A stretch of 50,240 bases of DNA from Candidatus Nomurabacteria bacterium (GCA_020632135.1 JACKGC010000001.1:1-50240); one strand, 5' to 3'. Numbered from the stretch's first letter, positions 26,730-36,371 are shown. Program-made: numbers and translations. The notes: generated by a model from the sequence alone, not told the origin.

Positions 26730-27896
26730 ATGGCAGAGCATATTATCACCGGTATCGACGTCGGCACCTACCACGTAAAGGTGGCGGTTGCGCGCATGCC
26801 GCAAAAAGGCAGCTCCGCCAAGCCAGAGATCATCGGCACCGGCCTATCAGAGAGCCGGGGGCTTAAGAGCGGCTACATCATCCACGAAGCCGATGTAGCA
26901 CGTAGTATTAAGAGCGCCATCGCCCAAGCCGAGAAAAATGCCGGCATGGCCATCAAGCGCGCGCATATTGGTATTGGTAGTATCGGACTGGAAGAGATCT
27001 ATTCACATGGCGAGATCATTCCGTCACGAGCTGACTCAGAGATCACCAGTAGCGACCTGGAGAAAGTGATGCAAGATAGTGAAGAACGCGTGTTAGACCA
27101 CATTCCGAACCGCCGAATCCTGCATAGCATCCCTCTTCGATACATGATCGATGGCACCGAAGTGCTCGGCCGGGCACAAGGACTCAAGGGGACTAAGCTT
27201 GAGGTCGATAGCCTTTTCATTACTACCTACGAGCAGCACGTCAACGACCTCATCAGCACCATCGAAAAACTTGGTGTGTACGTTGAGGATGTCATCGCCT
27301 CACCACTTGCCGCAAGCTTTGTAATGCTCTCAAAAGCACAAAAGCGTGCTGGCTGTGTGTTGACCAACATCGGTGCCGAAACCACTTCAATCGTGGTGTT
27401 TGAGGACTCTACTCCCCTCTCCCTCAAGATCTTTCCAACTGGCTCAAGCGACATTACCAACGACATCGCACTCGGCCTGCGTGTACCACTAGAAGATGCC
27501 GAGAAGATCAAGCGCGGTGCCATGACCAGTGCCACTTACTCAAAGAAGCGACTCGACGAGATCATCAGGGAGCGTTTACAATCGATCTTCACACTCATCG
27601 ATGCACATCTGCAAAAGATAAAACGTGACGGACTCCTTCCTGCTGGCGCAATTCTTACGGGCGGCGGCGCTAATGTTGCGGGTGTGGTTGAGGTCGCAAA
27701 GTCCGCACTCGAACTGCCTGCCCGTCTCGCCACCCTGGAGATGGGCAAGAGCACCAAGGTCCGCGATGCTTCCTGGGCAGTCGCGTATGGCCTGTGTATG
27801 TGGGGCGCAAGCGACACGGAAGAAACTTCGGCTATTGGCATGGTCAAACACACGCGTCGCAATATTCTCTCGTGGTTGAGCCAGTTTTTGCCGTAG
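26730..27896 (+). CDS. ftsA: Cell division protein FtsA
   Basis: ITGIDVGTYHVKV, TNIGAETT, ITNDIALGLR, AEKIKR and ILTGGGA, upstream of ftsZ. Confidence 0.95.
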   Translation: MAEHIITGIDVGTYHVKVAVARMPQKGSSAKPEIIGTGLSESRGLKSGYIIHEADVARSIKSAIAQAEKNAGMAIKRAHIGIGSIGLEEIYSHGEIIPSRADSEITSSDLEKVMQDSEERVLDHIPNRRILHSIPLRYMIDGTEVLGRAQGLKGTKLEVDSLFITTYEQHVNDLISTIEKLGVYVEDVIASPLAASFVMLSKAQKRAGCVLTNIGAETTSIVVFEDSTPLSLKIFPTGSSDITNDIALGLRVPLEDAEKIKRGAMTSATYSKKRLDEIIRERLQSIFTLIDAHLQKIKRDGLLPAGAILTGGGANVAGVVEVAKSALELPARLATLEMGKSTKVRDASWAVAYGLCMWGASDTEETSAIGMVKHTRRNILSWLSQFLP

Positions 27897-28038
27897 TATT
27901 TTAACTACTGTCAATTACACGATTCTCGCTTCTGTCAATATAGTGACAGGATTTTTTTACCCATGTATTATATGTCAGTTACTCAAGTACTCGTACTCAG
28001 GGGTGGGTGCGTGAACTAAACGATAAGAAGCATTTATT

Positions 28039-29271
28039 ATGGAACAGATACGATCAGACGTGGAGTCATTTGCACGGATCCGAGTGGTTGGTGTTGGTGG
28101 TTCTGGTAAGAACGCGGTGAACCACATGGTCTCTTCAAAGGTGAAGGGGGTGGAATTTATTGCCATCAACAGTGACGCGCAAGACCTGCACCACTCACTC
28201 GCAAAACGAAAGATCCACATTGGTAAGAACCTTACCCGCGGCCTCGGCGCTGGCGGTAACCCTGACATGGGCCGACGCGCTGCAGAAGAAACTCGAGAAG
28301 AGATCGCGAACGCGATCAAAGGATCCGACATGATCTTCATCACTGGTGGTATGGGTGGTGGCACCGGTACTGGCTCAGCACCAGTCGTGGCTAAGATCGC
28401 TCGCGAGAGCGGCGCCCTCACAGTGGGAGTCGTCACCAAGCCATTTCTCTTTGAGGGTCAGGAGCGCATGCGCTTAGCTTTACAAGGCATTGAAGAGTTG
28501 AAGCAAGAAGTAGATGCACTCATTACCATTCCTAACGACCGCCTGCTCGCGATCGTCGATAAGGAAACCACGGTGAGCAGCGCCTTTGAGCAATGTGACA
28601 ATATTCTCCGCCAGGCAGTTGAAGGTATTTCTGATCTCATCACCATGCCCGGTATAATCAACGTTGACTTCGCCGACATTCGAAGCGTTATGGAGAATGC
28701 TGGATCTGCTCTGATGGGCGTGGGTATCTCTTCTGGAGAAAAGCGTGCTGAAGAAGCGGCCCAAGCTGCTATCAATTCACCACTACTTGAAGTGTCTATC
28801 ACTGGTGCGAAGGGTGTACTCTTTGCGATTGCGGGAGGCGACGACCTCGGTATGCTCGAGATCCAAGATGCAGCACGTGTGATTACTGAATCAATCGACC
28901 CACAAGCGCGTGTGATCTTTGGTGCAATCCGTGACGAAAAGCTGAAGAAGAACGAACTCAAGGTCACAGTGATCGCCACCGGTTTCCCTGAAGAATCAGG
29001 CCATGGCAGCAACTACAGCATTGCGCGCCGCGCACCGGTGGCCGCAGAGACGCGTGAGCGCGAAGTGGAAGAAGACAAAGAGCCAGTGCGTGGCAAGATC
29101 TTCAATTCCCTACCAAAAAAACCTGAAGTAACGAAGCCAACTGAACCAATAAAGCCCACCCCAACCGAGCCGCCCAAGCGCGACCCGAAGCCAATCGATG
29201 CTGCTGACGACACCGACGATGATGACTGGGGCGCGGTTCCTGCATTCTTGCGTCGGAGTAAGCTGAAGTAA
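28039..29271 (+). CDS. ftsZ: Cell division protein FtsZ
   Basis: [15 protein letters not shown], tubulin signature GGGTGTG, NVDFAD and C-terminal VPAFLRR. Confidence 0.98.
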   Translation: MEQIRSDVESFARIRVVGVGGSGKNAVNHMVSSKVKGVEFIAINSDAQDLHHSLAKRKIHIGKNLTRGLGAGGNPDMGRRAAEETREEIANAIKGSDMIFITGGMGGGTGTGSAPVVAKIARESGALTVGVVTKPFLFEGQERMRLALQGIEELKQEVDALITIPNDRLLAIVDKETTVSSAFEQCDNILRQAVEGISDLITMPGIINVDFADIRSVMENAGSALMGVGISSGEKRAEEAAQAAINSPLLEVSITGAKGVLFAIAGGDDLGMLEIQDAARVITESIDPQARVIFGAIRDEKLKKNELKVTVIATGFPEESGHGSNYSIARRAPVAAETREREVEEDKEPVRGKIFNSLPKKPEVTKPTEPIKPTPTEPPKRDPKPIDAADDTDDDDWGAVPAFLRRSKLK

Positions 29272-29457
29272 GCCACTTGCGCTGTTCGCAAGTATGCGGA
29301 ACCGCGAAGCGCAACAATGTGAGGAGCGGCTTTAGCCCGCCGCGACGAACCAGCGAGCTGGGGTCGCGAACACTTAGTAGATTTAAGCGAAGCGAAGGAT
29401 ATACTTAGTGATTCGTGACCGGTTCCTGCATTCTTGCGTCGGAGTAAGTTGAAATAA
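29234..29457 (+). mobile_element. Target-duplicating insert at the ftsZ 3' end (same family as the tRNA inserts)
   Basis: A 38-bp direct repeat lies at 29234-29271 and 29420-29457 with 2 mismatches. An internal ATGCGGAACCGCG is antisense to the target. The core is homologous to the tRNA-Lys insert. Confidence 0.8.
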
Positions 29458-29601
29458 TAGGCTCCGTTGTTGAATTATCGATAATAAATGGCCGGCGTCA
29501 AAGGCGCCGGCCATTTATTCTGCACGGCCCACCTGGGTATCTCGTATACTTCATGGTATCCTACGGGCACTATTTGTTTTAAGTTCAGAATGTAAATCCG
29601 T

Positions 29602-30525
29602 ATGTACGATCTTTTGATCATTGGTGGTGGACCAGCTGGCACCTCAGCTGGCGTTTACGCCTCACGCAAACAACTCAAGACCCTCTTTGTCACCAAGGAA
29701 TGGGGCGGCCAGAGCACAGTCTCAACCGACATCCAAAACTGGATCGGCACCCCATCGATCAGCGGTAACGACCTCGCGAAAAGTTTGCGTTCTCACTTAG
29801 AAACGTACGCAGGCAATCATGTCACCATCATCGGTGACCAGATCGTCACTAGCCTGACTAAGCTCGATGAGGGCTATGAGGCGACTCTTTCCGATGGGTC
29901 AACCCATGTTGCTAAGGCCATTCTGATCTGTGCCGGCTCACAACGACGCAAACTTGACGTACCCGGCGCTGACAGGTTCGAACACAAAGGCCTCACTTAC
30001 TGCGCTAGCTGTGATGGCCCGGTCTTTGCCGGCCAGGATGTTGCAGTGATCGGCGGCGGTAACGCTGGCTTCGAGACCGCTGCGCAGCTCCTTGCATATT
30101 GTAAGAGTGTGACACTGCTGCAATACGGTGATGCATACAAAGCAGATCCAGTAACTGTTGAAAGGGTGCTTGCACACGAGAACATGACCGGCATCCTCAA
30201 CGCAGAAACAAAATCAGTCGAGGGTGAGAATTTTGTATCCGGCCTTGCCTACAAAGACATGTCCACCGAGGAAATCAAGACCATTCCCGTCACTGGGGTT
30301 TTTGTTGAGATCGGTATGATGCCAAACACTGACTTTGCTGCTAACATCGTAGAACGTGATGACTATCGTCGTGTGGTCATCGACCCTTGGACCCAAAAGA
30401 CCTCCGCTGAAAATATTTGGGCGGCTGGCGATTGCACCAACGTGCGTTACCACCAAAACAACATCGCTTCAGGCGATGCTGTACGAGCCCTAGAAGATAT
30501 CTACGTAACCTTGAAGGCTAAATAG
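29602..30525 (+). CDS. Thioredoxin reductase / AhpF-like FAD-dependent disulfide reductase
   Basis: GGGPAG, CASCDG redox motif, GGGNAG NADPH motif and WAAGDC. Confidence 0.92.
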   Translation: MYDLLIIGGGPAGTSAGVYASRKQLKTLFVTKEWGGQSTVSTDIQNWIGTPSISGNDLAKSLRSHLETYAGNHVTIIGDQIVTSLTKLDEGYEATLSDGSTHVAKAILICAGSQRRKLDVPGADRFEHKGLTYCASCDGPVFAGQDVAVIGGGNAGFETAAQLLAYCKSVTLLQYGDAYKADPVTVERVLAHENMTGILNAETKSVEGENFVSGLAYKDMSTEEIKTIPVTGVFVEIGMMPNTDFAANIVERDDYRRVVIDPWTQKTSAENIWAAGDCTNVRYHQNNIASGDAVRALEDIYVTLKAK

Positions 30526-30544
30526 ACTCCATGAAGATCAAAAA

Positions 30545-30565
30545 GCCGGCAGCGAAGCTGCCGGC
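30545..30565. terminator. 21-bp REP-like palindrome acting as a terminator after the trxB-like gene
   Basis: GCCGGCAGCGAAGCTGCCGGC with A/T tails, the exact reverse complement of 316-336. Confidence 0.75.
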
Positions 30566-30816
30566 TTTTTACTTTGCCACACACTAAAAATGTGGGTGCA
30601 CTCAAGACATACACCAAATCCTGTATCCAGACAACGAGAAAGCGCCCCCTCCAGGGCGCTTTCTCTTGTACAACGTAGAGCTTCGGCTTGCGGGCTTTGC
30701 TCGTAGCCTCGAGCGTAAGTATAAAGATACTTCACCACCCCGCAAACCTATGTATAGTTTCTCATCGCAGCAAAATATGTCAATACTACACGAAAAACCC
30801 TTATTCAAGGGGTTTC

Positions 30817-30858
30817 TGTGTATAACTTGTGTATAAGTGTGTATATAACTGTGAGTAA
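30817..30858 (-). promoter_or_regulatory. Cluster of DnaA-box-like 9-mers in helical phase
   Basis: TGTGTATAA (= TTATACACA) at 30817 and 30828, TGTGTATAT at 30838 and TGTGAGTAA at 30850. Confidence 0.55.
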
Positions 30859-30888
30859 AACTGGGTGTAAAAGTGGCGTTTTCATCGC

Positions 30889-30916
30889 TTGACAAAAGTC
30901 AGTACAGGTTTAGCAT
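30889..30916 (+). promoter_or_regulatory. Sigma70-type promoter
   Basis: TTGACA-16 bp-TAGCAT. Confidence 0.5.
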
Positions 30917-31045
30917 TAAAGAGTCGTATAGCGAACCGTCACCCGACTGCACGAAGTAGCTACCGGAATCTCACGATTCATCATACGCCATGAGCAGAGT
31001 CACAACGTTGAGCGAATTATCAGCGTTAATACGCAAAACTGCGCA

Positions 31046-31480
31046 ATGCCTATGATTCGTTTCTACTCACTTTTCGTCACTGATGACGATCTATTAGCAA
31101 GTCCATATGTTCGACGTTTCAATGTCTTCCACGATCTCACCCTCCATCGTGGCGTCACTGAGACAGTGAACTTCCTCTTGCAAGCTCCGCTCACTCCCGA
31201 GCAGTATGACAAACTTAATATCATCTTTGATCCGCACGCACTCACTGTGCAGAAGGTTGAGATGAAGTCATACAAGCATCAAAGCTTACTCACAGTAACT
31301 TTGATCCCGAAGGAGCTCGGCTCTCTGCGGATCGGCTTCGCCTTTCCACAGACCGAATACCTTCATCGCGACCGCATGAAGAAGATCCCGTCGCCACTCA
31401 CGGCTGTTTCATGTAAGCAGCTCACTGAAGCTGCAGAAGCACCGAAACAACCTGCACCACAGCAACACGTTATGGCGTGA
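31046..31480 (+). CDS. Hypothetical protein, 144 aa
   Basis: Longest ORF in the gap, with host-like codon style and an upstream promoter. No family recognised. Confidence 0.6.
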   Translation: MPMIRFYSLFVTDDDLLASPYVRRFNVFHDLTLHRGVTETVNFLLQAPLTPEQYDKLNIIFDPHALTVQKVEMKSYKHQSLLTVTLIPKELGSLRIGFAFPQTEYLHRDRMKKIPSPLTAVSCKQLTEAAEAPKQPAPQQHVMA

Positions 31481-31892
31481 TCAGGTACAAGCCGGTCTCA
31501 TCATCATAGCGACGCTCCAAAGCTGTATCGCATACGGTCAGTATCACTTCCAGCGTGACCGCAACACGCATTTCTTCAACATGCCCACCAAACGCTTCAT
31601 TGTCTTCATTGGTGAAGACAGCGTGAAGATGAATAAATGGTTCACCTTCCTTAAGCATTATGTTGCCAGTGGCACTGACCACTTCAAAAACGCCCTCGGG
31701 GTAGTTTTTGAATTTGTATGTCCGAGTTTGGAGATCATAGTACCCACATGTAATCTGCTCAACTGCCCCAATAGCATTGAACGAGGCGTTGCTGATCCCC
31801 ATTTCTTTTGCGTACGCAGTGAGCGCTTCAATGACTCGTTGACCACGTTTTAAGACTACAATTTCTGTACGCGATGTCGTGCGTGCCCCCAT
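31470..31892 (-). CDS. PPC-domain (DUF296) protein
   Basis: LKRGQRVIEAL, AIGAV, EVVSATGNI, HLHAVF, GGHV and VTLEVIL. Confidence 0.9.
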   Translation of the reverse strand: MGARTTSRTEIVVLKRGQRVIEALTAYAKEMGISNASFNAIGAVEQITCGYYDLQTRTYKFKNYPEGVFEVVSATGNIMLKEGEPFIHLHAVFTNEDNEAFGGHVEEMRVAVTLEVILTVCDTALERRYDDETGLYLITP

Positions 31893-31899
31893 ATCTTCC

Positions 31900-32625
31900 T
31901 TAGAGCGCAAAGAATGTTCCAACAATATACGCCAGCACTGCGGCTGTACCACCCACCAACACCACCTCAACGAGCGATGAAGCTAACCGACCCCCGATCA
32001 CTCGCCACTTCAACAGACCAAGGAGGATGAGTGCAATAAACGTACCAATACAAGAATAGATGAACGTAGTCGCCGCATCGCCGCTTTGTTCTACGATGAA
32101 TGGCAATAGCGGGATGGACCCGAACACAATAAATGAGGAGAAGGTGGCTAGGCCAGTAAGCACCTCATTATCGCCCCGCGGGTCTGAGAGTTCTCGTTTG
32201 TGATGCATCATAAAATCAAGCCAGTACTCTTCGTTGCTGCGATACGTATCAGCCAGCTTGGCAGCATCTTCAGACGAGAAACCCTTCTCTTCCAAGATAC
32301 GGATCGTTTCAACCCGCTCATTGGCTGGGTTGGCGGTCAGACCTACACGCTCATTTTCACGATGGACTAAATACAAGTCCTTGTCGGACCGCACTGACAG
32401 AAAGTTACCCAGACCCATTGACGCAGCATCAGCAAAAAGATTCGCTAAGCCAAAGAGCAGCACAATCAAAAACGTGAACTGGGTGGTGTCGTCACTTGAA
32501 AGCGCGGCGCCAGCAAAACCAGCCACCACCGCAAAGGTAGTGACAATGCCGTCGATCCCACCGTAAATTACTTCCTTAAAATAGTCCTTGAAGGCTCCAG
32601 TGAGCCGAATAGCGATACCATACAT
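31900..32625 (-). CDS. VIT1/CCC1 family metal transporter
   Basis: KEVIYGGIDGIVTTFAVVAG, FGLANLFADAASMGLGNFLS and FGSIPLLPF. Confidence 0.92.
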   Translation of the reverse strand: MYGIAIRLTGAFKDYFKEVIYGGIDGIVTTFAVVAGFAGAALSSDDTTQFTFLIVLLFGLANLFADAASMGLGNFLSVRSDKDLYLVHRENERVGLTANPANERVETIRILEEKGFSSEDAAKLADTYRSNEEYWLDFMMHHKRELSDPRGDNEVLTGLATFSSFIVFGSIPLLPFIVEQSGDAATTFIYSCIGTFIALILLGLLKWRVIGGRLASSLVEVVLVGGTAAVLAYIVGTFFAL

Positions 32626-32765
32626 ATGCTGCCATAATATCACAATTACCCCCGACAGTGGCCACGCAGCCCTAGATTTTTTTGCATAATTTGCTATGAT
32701 GTGGCGCACGTTTTCGCTTGTGGCGAGCACCGAGAGACTCGGGGCCGGACTCGCGAAGCGAGTCC

Positions 32766-32840
32766 GGCCCCATCGTCTAACGGCTAGGACGCCAGGTTTT
32801 CATTCTGGAAATCGGAGTTCGATTCTCCGTGGGGTCACCA
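32766..32840 (+). tRNA. tRNA-Glu (TTC), CCA encoded
   Basis: Acceptor GGCCCCA/TGGGGTC, anticodon arm CCAGG-TTTTCAT-TCTGG and GTTCGATTC. Confidence 0.95.
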
Positions 32841-34335
32841 ACGAAGATTTATCACGTTTATACTCCTCAGATAGTGAGTAAATAGGCGACAAAACAGCGG
32901 TTCCAAAACCGTTGTTTTGTGTATAAGGAATACTGCCCTCGAAAATAAAATTTTGGAACCGTAGCCTTTTTTCAGGCTGTTTTACCAATCGCTTCCAAGT
33001 ATCAGGAGTATCAATAATGAAACTTATGCAGTAATCAAGAGCGGCTTCAAAGTCTAATTCGCCACCCCGCACTTCAATCAAGTTACTTTGAGCGGCATAT
33101 AGCTGTCGTTCCACTTCTCGTTTTCGTTCTAAGAAGTCAGTCTTGGTATAGATACCCTCTTCAAAATTGTTAAAGATGGCTTTCTTTTTCTCATACAGGC
33201 TAGCGACCTGCTGTCTAACCGTCTCGTTTTGTTTTTCAGCATTGGTGTTATCTTCTCGATAAATTTCCATACACGCCTCTTTGAAAGCGTTGGCAAATTC
33301 AAAGGTAGGATTTATCTCCTCTAGAAAAGAGACAAATGATTCTTCAAGGTCTTTCTTTTTGATTGATTTAGCGTGCGGACAACCTTGTTTGTGATGATGA
33401 TAATAACCGTGCTTCTTGCCACCACGTCCAGTCGAAAAGCTACCTGTTAATGGATCATCACACCACTCGCAAGAAACCAGTCTGCGAAGTGGAAAATTAG
33501 GATTCTTTTCTTGTTTCTTTGTTCCCTTATGTGACCGTCCGGCACCTTGGCATTTATAAAATAGTGACTCAGTGACAATAGGTTCATGTTGTCCTTTGAC
33601 TTCGATGCCCCATTCATCCTTTTTCACGATACCAGCATACAGAGGGTTATGGATCATTTTTTGAATAGTTTGAAACTCAATCTTTTTGCCAGATTTTGAG
33701 CGTAGACCTTTTTCAAATAAGAGAGTGGCTAGAGTTTTGTATGTATGAGTCCCTTTCACATACTCATTGAAAGCGAGGCGGACATACTGAGCGTCGTTAT
33801 CAGGCACCATAACGCCGCCTTTTTCTAGACGTTGATAACCTGTAGGAGCCGGCCAGACCCAGATTCCTTGCTTAAGGCGTTCTCGCATACCAGTCGAGCT
33901 ACGTTCAGAGCGGATACTGTTATCAAATTCAGCTGAAGCAGACAATGTGCCCATTAAGAATTTTCCGATTGGTGATTCATCAACCGGTTCAGTAGCAGAG
34001 CGAATAGTGACACCATATTTATTAAGACTGTTTTGAACAGCGAAGTGATCGGTCTGACTACGAGAAAAGCGGTCTAATTTATATACTATGAAAAAATCAA
34101 TCTGGTTTTTCTTTTGACCACAAAATGAAATTGCTTTAAGAAACTGAGGACGATCGGCAGTTTTAGCAGATTCGCCTCGATCAACAAACACATCAGCAAC
34201 TTCTATACCTTCACGTTCGGCATATTCACGACAAATCCGCTCCTGTGATTCAAGACTAGTTCCATCCACCTGTTCGAGCGAAGACACGCGACAATAGATA
34301 ATCCCTCGCTTTCCTGTCATATCAGTATCATACAT
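32800..34335 (-). CDS. Large serine recombinase (resolvase + recombinase + Zn-ribbon domains), 511 aa
   Basis: Catalytic Ser in IYCRVSS, DRGESAKTADRPQF, VYKLDRFSR, GIWVWPAPTGY, HEPIV and CEWC...HHKQGC. The C-terminus runs into the antisense strand of tRNA-Glu. Confidence 0.95.
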   Translation of the reverse strand: MYDTDMTGKRGIIYCRVSSLEQVDGTSLESQERICREYAEREGIEVADVFVDRGESAKTADRPQFLKAISFCGQKKNQIDFFIVYKLDRFSRSQTDHFAVQNSLNKYGVTIRSATEPVDESPIGKFLMGTLSASAEFDNSIRSERSSTGMRERLKQGIWVWPAPTGYQRLEKGGVMVPDNDAQYVRLAFNEYVKGTHTYKTLATLLFEKGLRSKSGKKIEFQTIQKMIHNPLYAGIVKKDEWGIEVKGQHEPIVTESLFYKCQGAGRSHKGTKKQEKNPNFPLRRLVSCEWCDDPLTGSFSTGRGGKKHGYYHHHKQGCPHAKSIKKKDLEESFVSFLEEINPTFEFANAFKEACMEIYREDNTNAEKQNETVRQQVASLYEKKKAIFNNFEEGIYTKTDFLERKREVERQLYAAQSNLIEVRGGELDFEAALDYCISFIIDTPDTWKRLVKQPEKRLRFQNFIFEGSIPYTQNNGFGTAVLSPIYSLSEEYKRDKSSLVTPRRIELRFPE

Positions 34336-34337
34336 AG

Positions 34338-34517
34338 CTATTTTTCATCGTCCACTTCCGCTGACCCCACGGCGAATTTGGAATCACGGTCTTCTTTATA
34401 AGAATCGTATGCAAGGTGCGCCACTTCATAGATTTTTTCACGAATAAGAGCCACTTCTTCATCAGAAGCATTAGCGAGTTTAGGTTCTATTTCTCTAAGA
34501 TGCTTAAGGCTCATCAT
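34338..34517 (-). CDS. Small helical protein (59 aa) coupled to the recombinase; possible directionality factor
   Basis: MMSLKHLREIEPKLANASDEEVALIREKIYEVAHLAY. It overlaps the Rep stop and ends 2 bp before the recombinase start. The function is inferred. Confidence 0.55.
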   Translation of the reverse strand: MMSLKHLREIEPKLANASDEEVALIREKIYEVAHLAYDSYKEDRDSKFAVGSAEVDDEK

Positions 34518-35289
34518 GGTTAATCTTGTATTTGCGATAGGTGGCACGACCAAACCACTTTGTGTTGTATTCGCGTGAGACTTCAGGCTCAGAATCAACC
34601 CCTAATTCAAAGAGAATGCGATCGGCACTGAAGTTCCCCGTAAACACTTCAGGACGAATGATATTGCGAGAAGCGGTGTATGCTTTTTGATTCTTGAGAC
34701 GCGGGTCTTCATAGGCTTTGGTTAGATATTTAGCTAGGTACCCAGCCAACGCCCCTGCTCCATCTGTTCTTTTGAGATCGACAAAACCATGGCTCCAGAT
34801 TTGTGCCACGGTACGATTTTCCCTCTCCAGAAGAAAAAGTTCTTCGGGTAACCCCCAGAGGAAAGCGTGGAAATGTACGGCGCCACGTTCTTGAAATTCT
34901 GGGACGCATAGGTACTTAAAGTCATGCCCGAACTTGCGTCTGAGAGATTGCGCAAAAGCTGAGTAGTGTTTATACGCCGCACTAAGGTCGGTGAAATTGC
35001 TCCCGTAGGTAAGTGTAGCCAGTAGAGGTGGTGCAGATCCTCTCCCGAGGTTAGCTGAAACAAGCCTTCGGAAAGCCATGCTAGCGCGCCACGCGTTATC
35101 GGATCGGCGCCCCACTTTTTCTTCACTGTCCCCGGTCTGAAGTGAATCCTCTCTGCTAGTTCCCAAATTATCATTGCTAATAGCTGACGACCGCCGGCCT
35201 GCGCGTCCGTCATGGTTTCGTATAAGATCATGTTCGTATTCATTTATTTCGACATAATCGCCGTATGTAGTTACTTTGATGTATGACAT
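34504..35289 (-). CDS. Rolling-circle replication initiator (HUH endonuclease, two-tyrosine type), 261 aa
   Basis: Motif I ATLTY, motif II EFQERGAVHFH and motif III YLAKY (Y-x3-Y). Confidence 0.88.
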   Translation of the reverse strand: MSYIKVTTYGDYVEINEYEHDLIRNHDGRAGRRSSAISNDNLGTSREDSLQTGDSEEKVGRRSDNAWRASMAFRRLVSANLGRGSAPPLLATLTYGSNFTDLSAAYKHYSAFAQSLRRKFGHDFKYLCVPEFQERGAVHFHAFLWGLPEELFLLERENRTVAQIWSHGFVDLKRTDGAGALAGYLAKYLTKAYEDPRLKNQKAYTASRNIIRPEVFTGNFSADRILFELGVDSEPEVSREYNTKWFGRATYRKYKINHDEP

Positions 35290-35319
35290 TTAATTTAAGT
35301 TGTTAATTAGTTAAGTGAG

Positions 35320-35337
35320 GGATTAATCAAGTCCCCC
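35320..35337 (-). other. Candidate double-strand origin (nick site)
   Basis: The minus strand reads GGGGGACTTGATTAATCC, resembling the phiX174/pC194 CTTG^AT nick consensus, about 30 bp upstream of rep and beside GC hairpins. Confidence 0.45.
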
Positions 35338-35632
35338 TCCGGGGTCCATCCCTGCCCCGCGAAACCGCTGGTGCAGGGACTGGAACCCCGTTTTGAAGCA
35401 CAAGAAAAGCCCGCTGTTATGCGGGCACAAAAAACTCCTTAAACTATTTTAAAGCTTAAGGATTCTAGACTTCTTTTATCCTTTTTAGCTCTCAGTTAGC
35501 TTTTTTATATTTAAGCTTGCTTTAGAGCTTGTGCTTTAAAACTCTTGTTTAGCTGAAAAAGTTACGGGACAAAAGAAAAGAAGTATGTTGTAAAGAAGAA
35601 AATTATAAATCATGTTGTATTTTAAATAGGAA

Positions 35633-36250
35633 ATGAAAAAGTTGATTACAAAAGCAGATGTTCTAATGTTTGTCATTGGACTACTTCTGGGAGCCATTAT
35701 CTCAGGTATTTTTTTCGCACCTGAAAAAACACAAGTTATATTAAGTAGTTTTCAAGCTATGGCAGTAACTTTAGTAACTATTTTTACGGCTTGGTGGACA
35801 TCTAAAACGTTCGGTCATGAACTTAGATCAAGGGAAGCAAAAGAAATTCTAGGCGTGCTGCTTTCCATGAGAAATTGTGTTAACGAAATTACAAACCCCA
35901 TTGCCTCTATGCCAATTATTGGCAAAGAAGCAACTATGGATAATTTTATGGAGAAATGGGAAGAAAACAAGGAAAAGGTCAGTGAAGAGGCTTGGTATAG
36001 ATATCTGGGCCACAAAGGAGTATTAAAGGAAATAACTGAAAAGTCTGTTGCACTAAAACCATTTACACGTATGCAACTACTTATGATTGGTGACTTCAAA
36101 GATGACATGAAAAATATTAAAGAAGACAATGGCCAAAAACTGACGAAGGACATAATTGCCTTGCAAGCAAAGATTGCTAGAGAGGCACACTTTGATGTTG
36201 GCATAGAGGTTACAAGAATCAGGAACAAATTGGGTCTTTGGTTTTCTTAG
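35633..36250 (+). CDS. Hypothetical cargo protein with two N-terminal TM helices, 205 aa
   Basis: AT-rich ORF with two hydrophobic helices followed by a charged helical domain. Confidence 0.75.
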   Translation: MKKLITKADVLMFVIGLLLGAIISGIFFAPEKTQVILSSFQAMAVTLVTIFTAWWTSKTFGHELRSREAKEILGVLLSMRNCVNEITNPIASMPIIGKEATMDNFMEKWEENKEKVSEEAWYRYLGHKGVLKEITEKSVALKPFTRMQLLMIGDFKDDMKNIKEDNGQKLTKDIIALQAKIAREAHFDVGIEVTRIRNKLGLWFS

Positions 36251-36371
36251 CCGCCCTTACCCCGCCCTTCACACCGCTCACAAGCTCGCGGCGCGAAGCT
36301 CCGCAGGCGGGCGCGACTAGTGCGGGCGGCTTTAGTCAAGTGCAACTGCTGCGTCGACAAAAAATGTATAT

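Noticed and set aside
30817-30916. Chromosomal replication origin (oriC)
   Set aside because: No dnaA, dnaN or long AT-rich unwinding region is adjacent. By eye the + strand stays C-rich on both sides, so no skew inversion is apparent (not computed).
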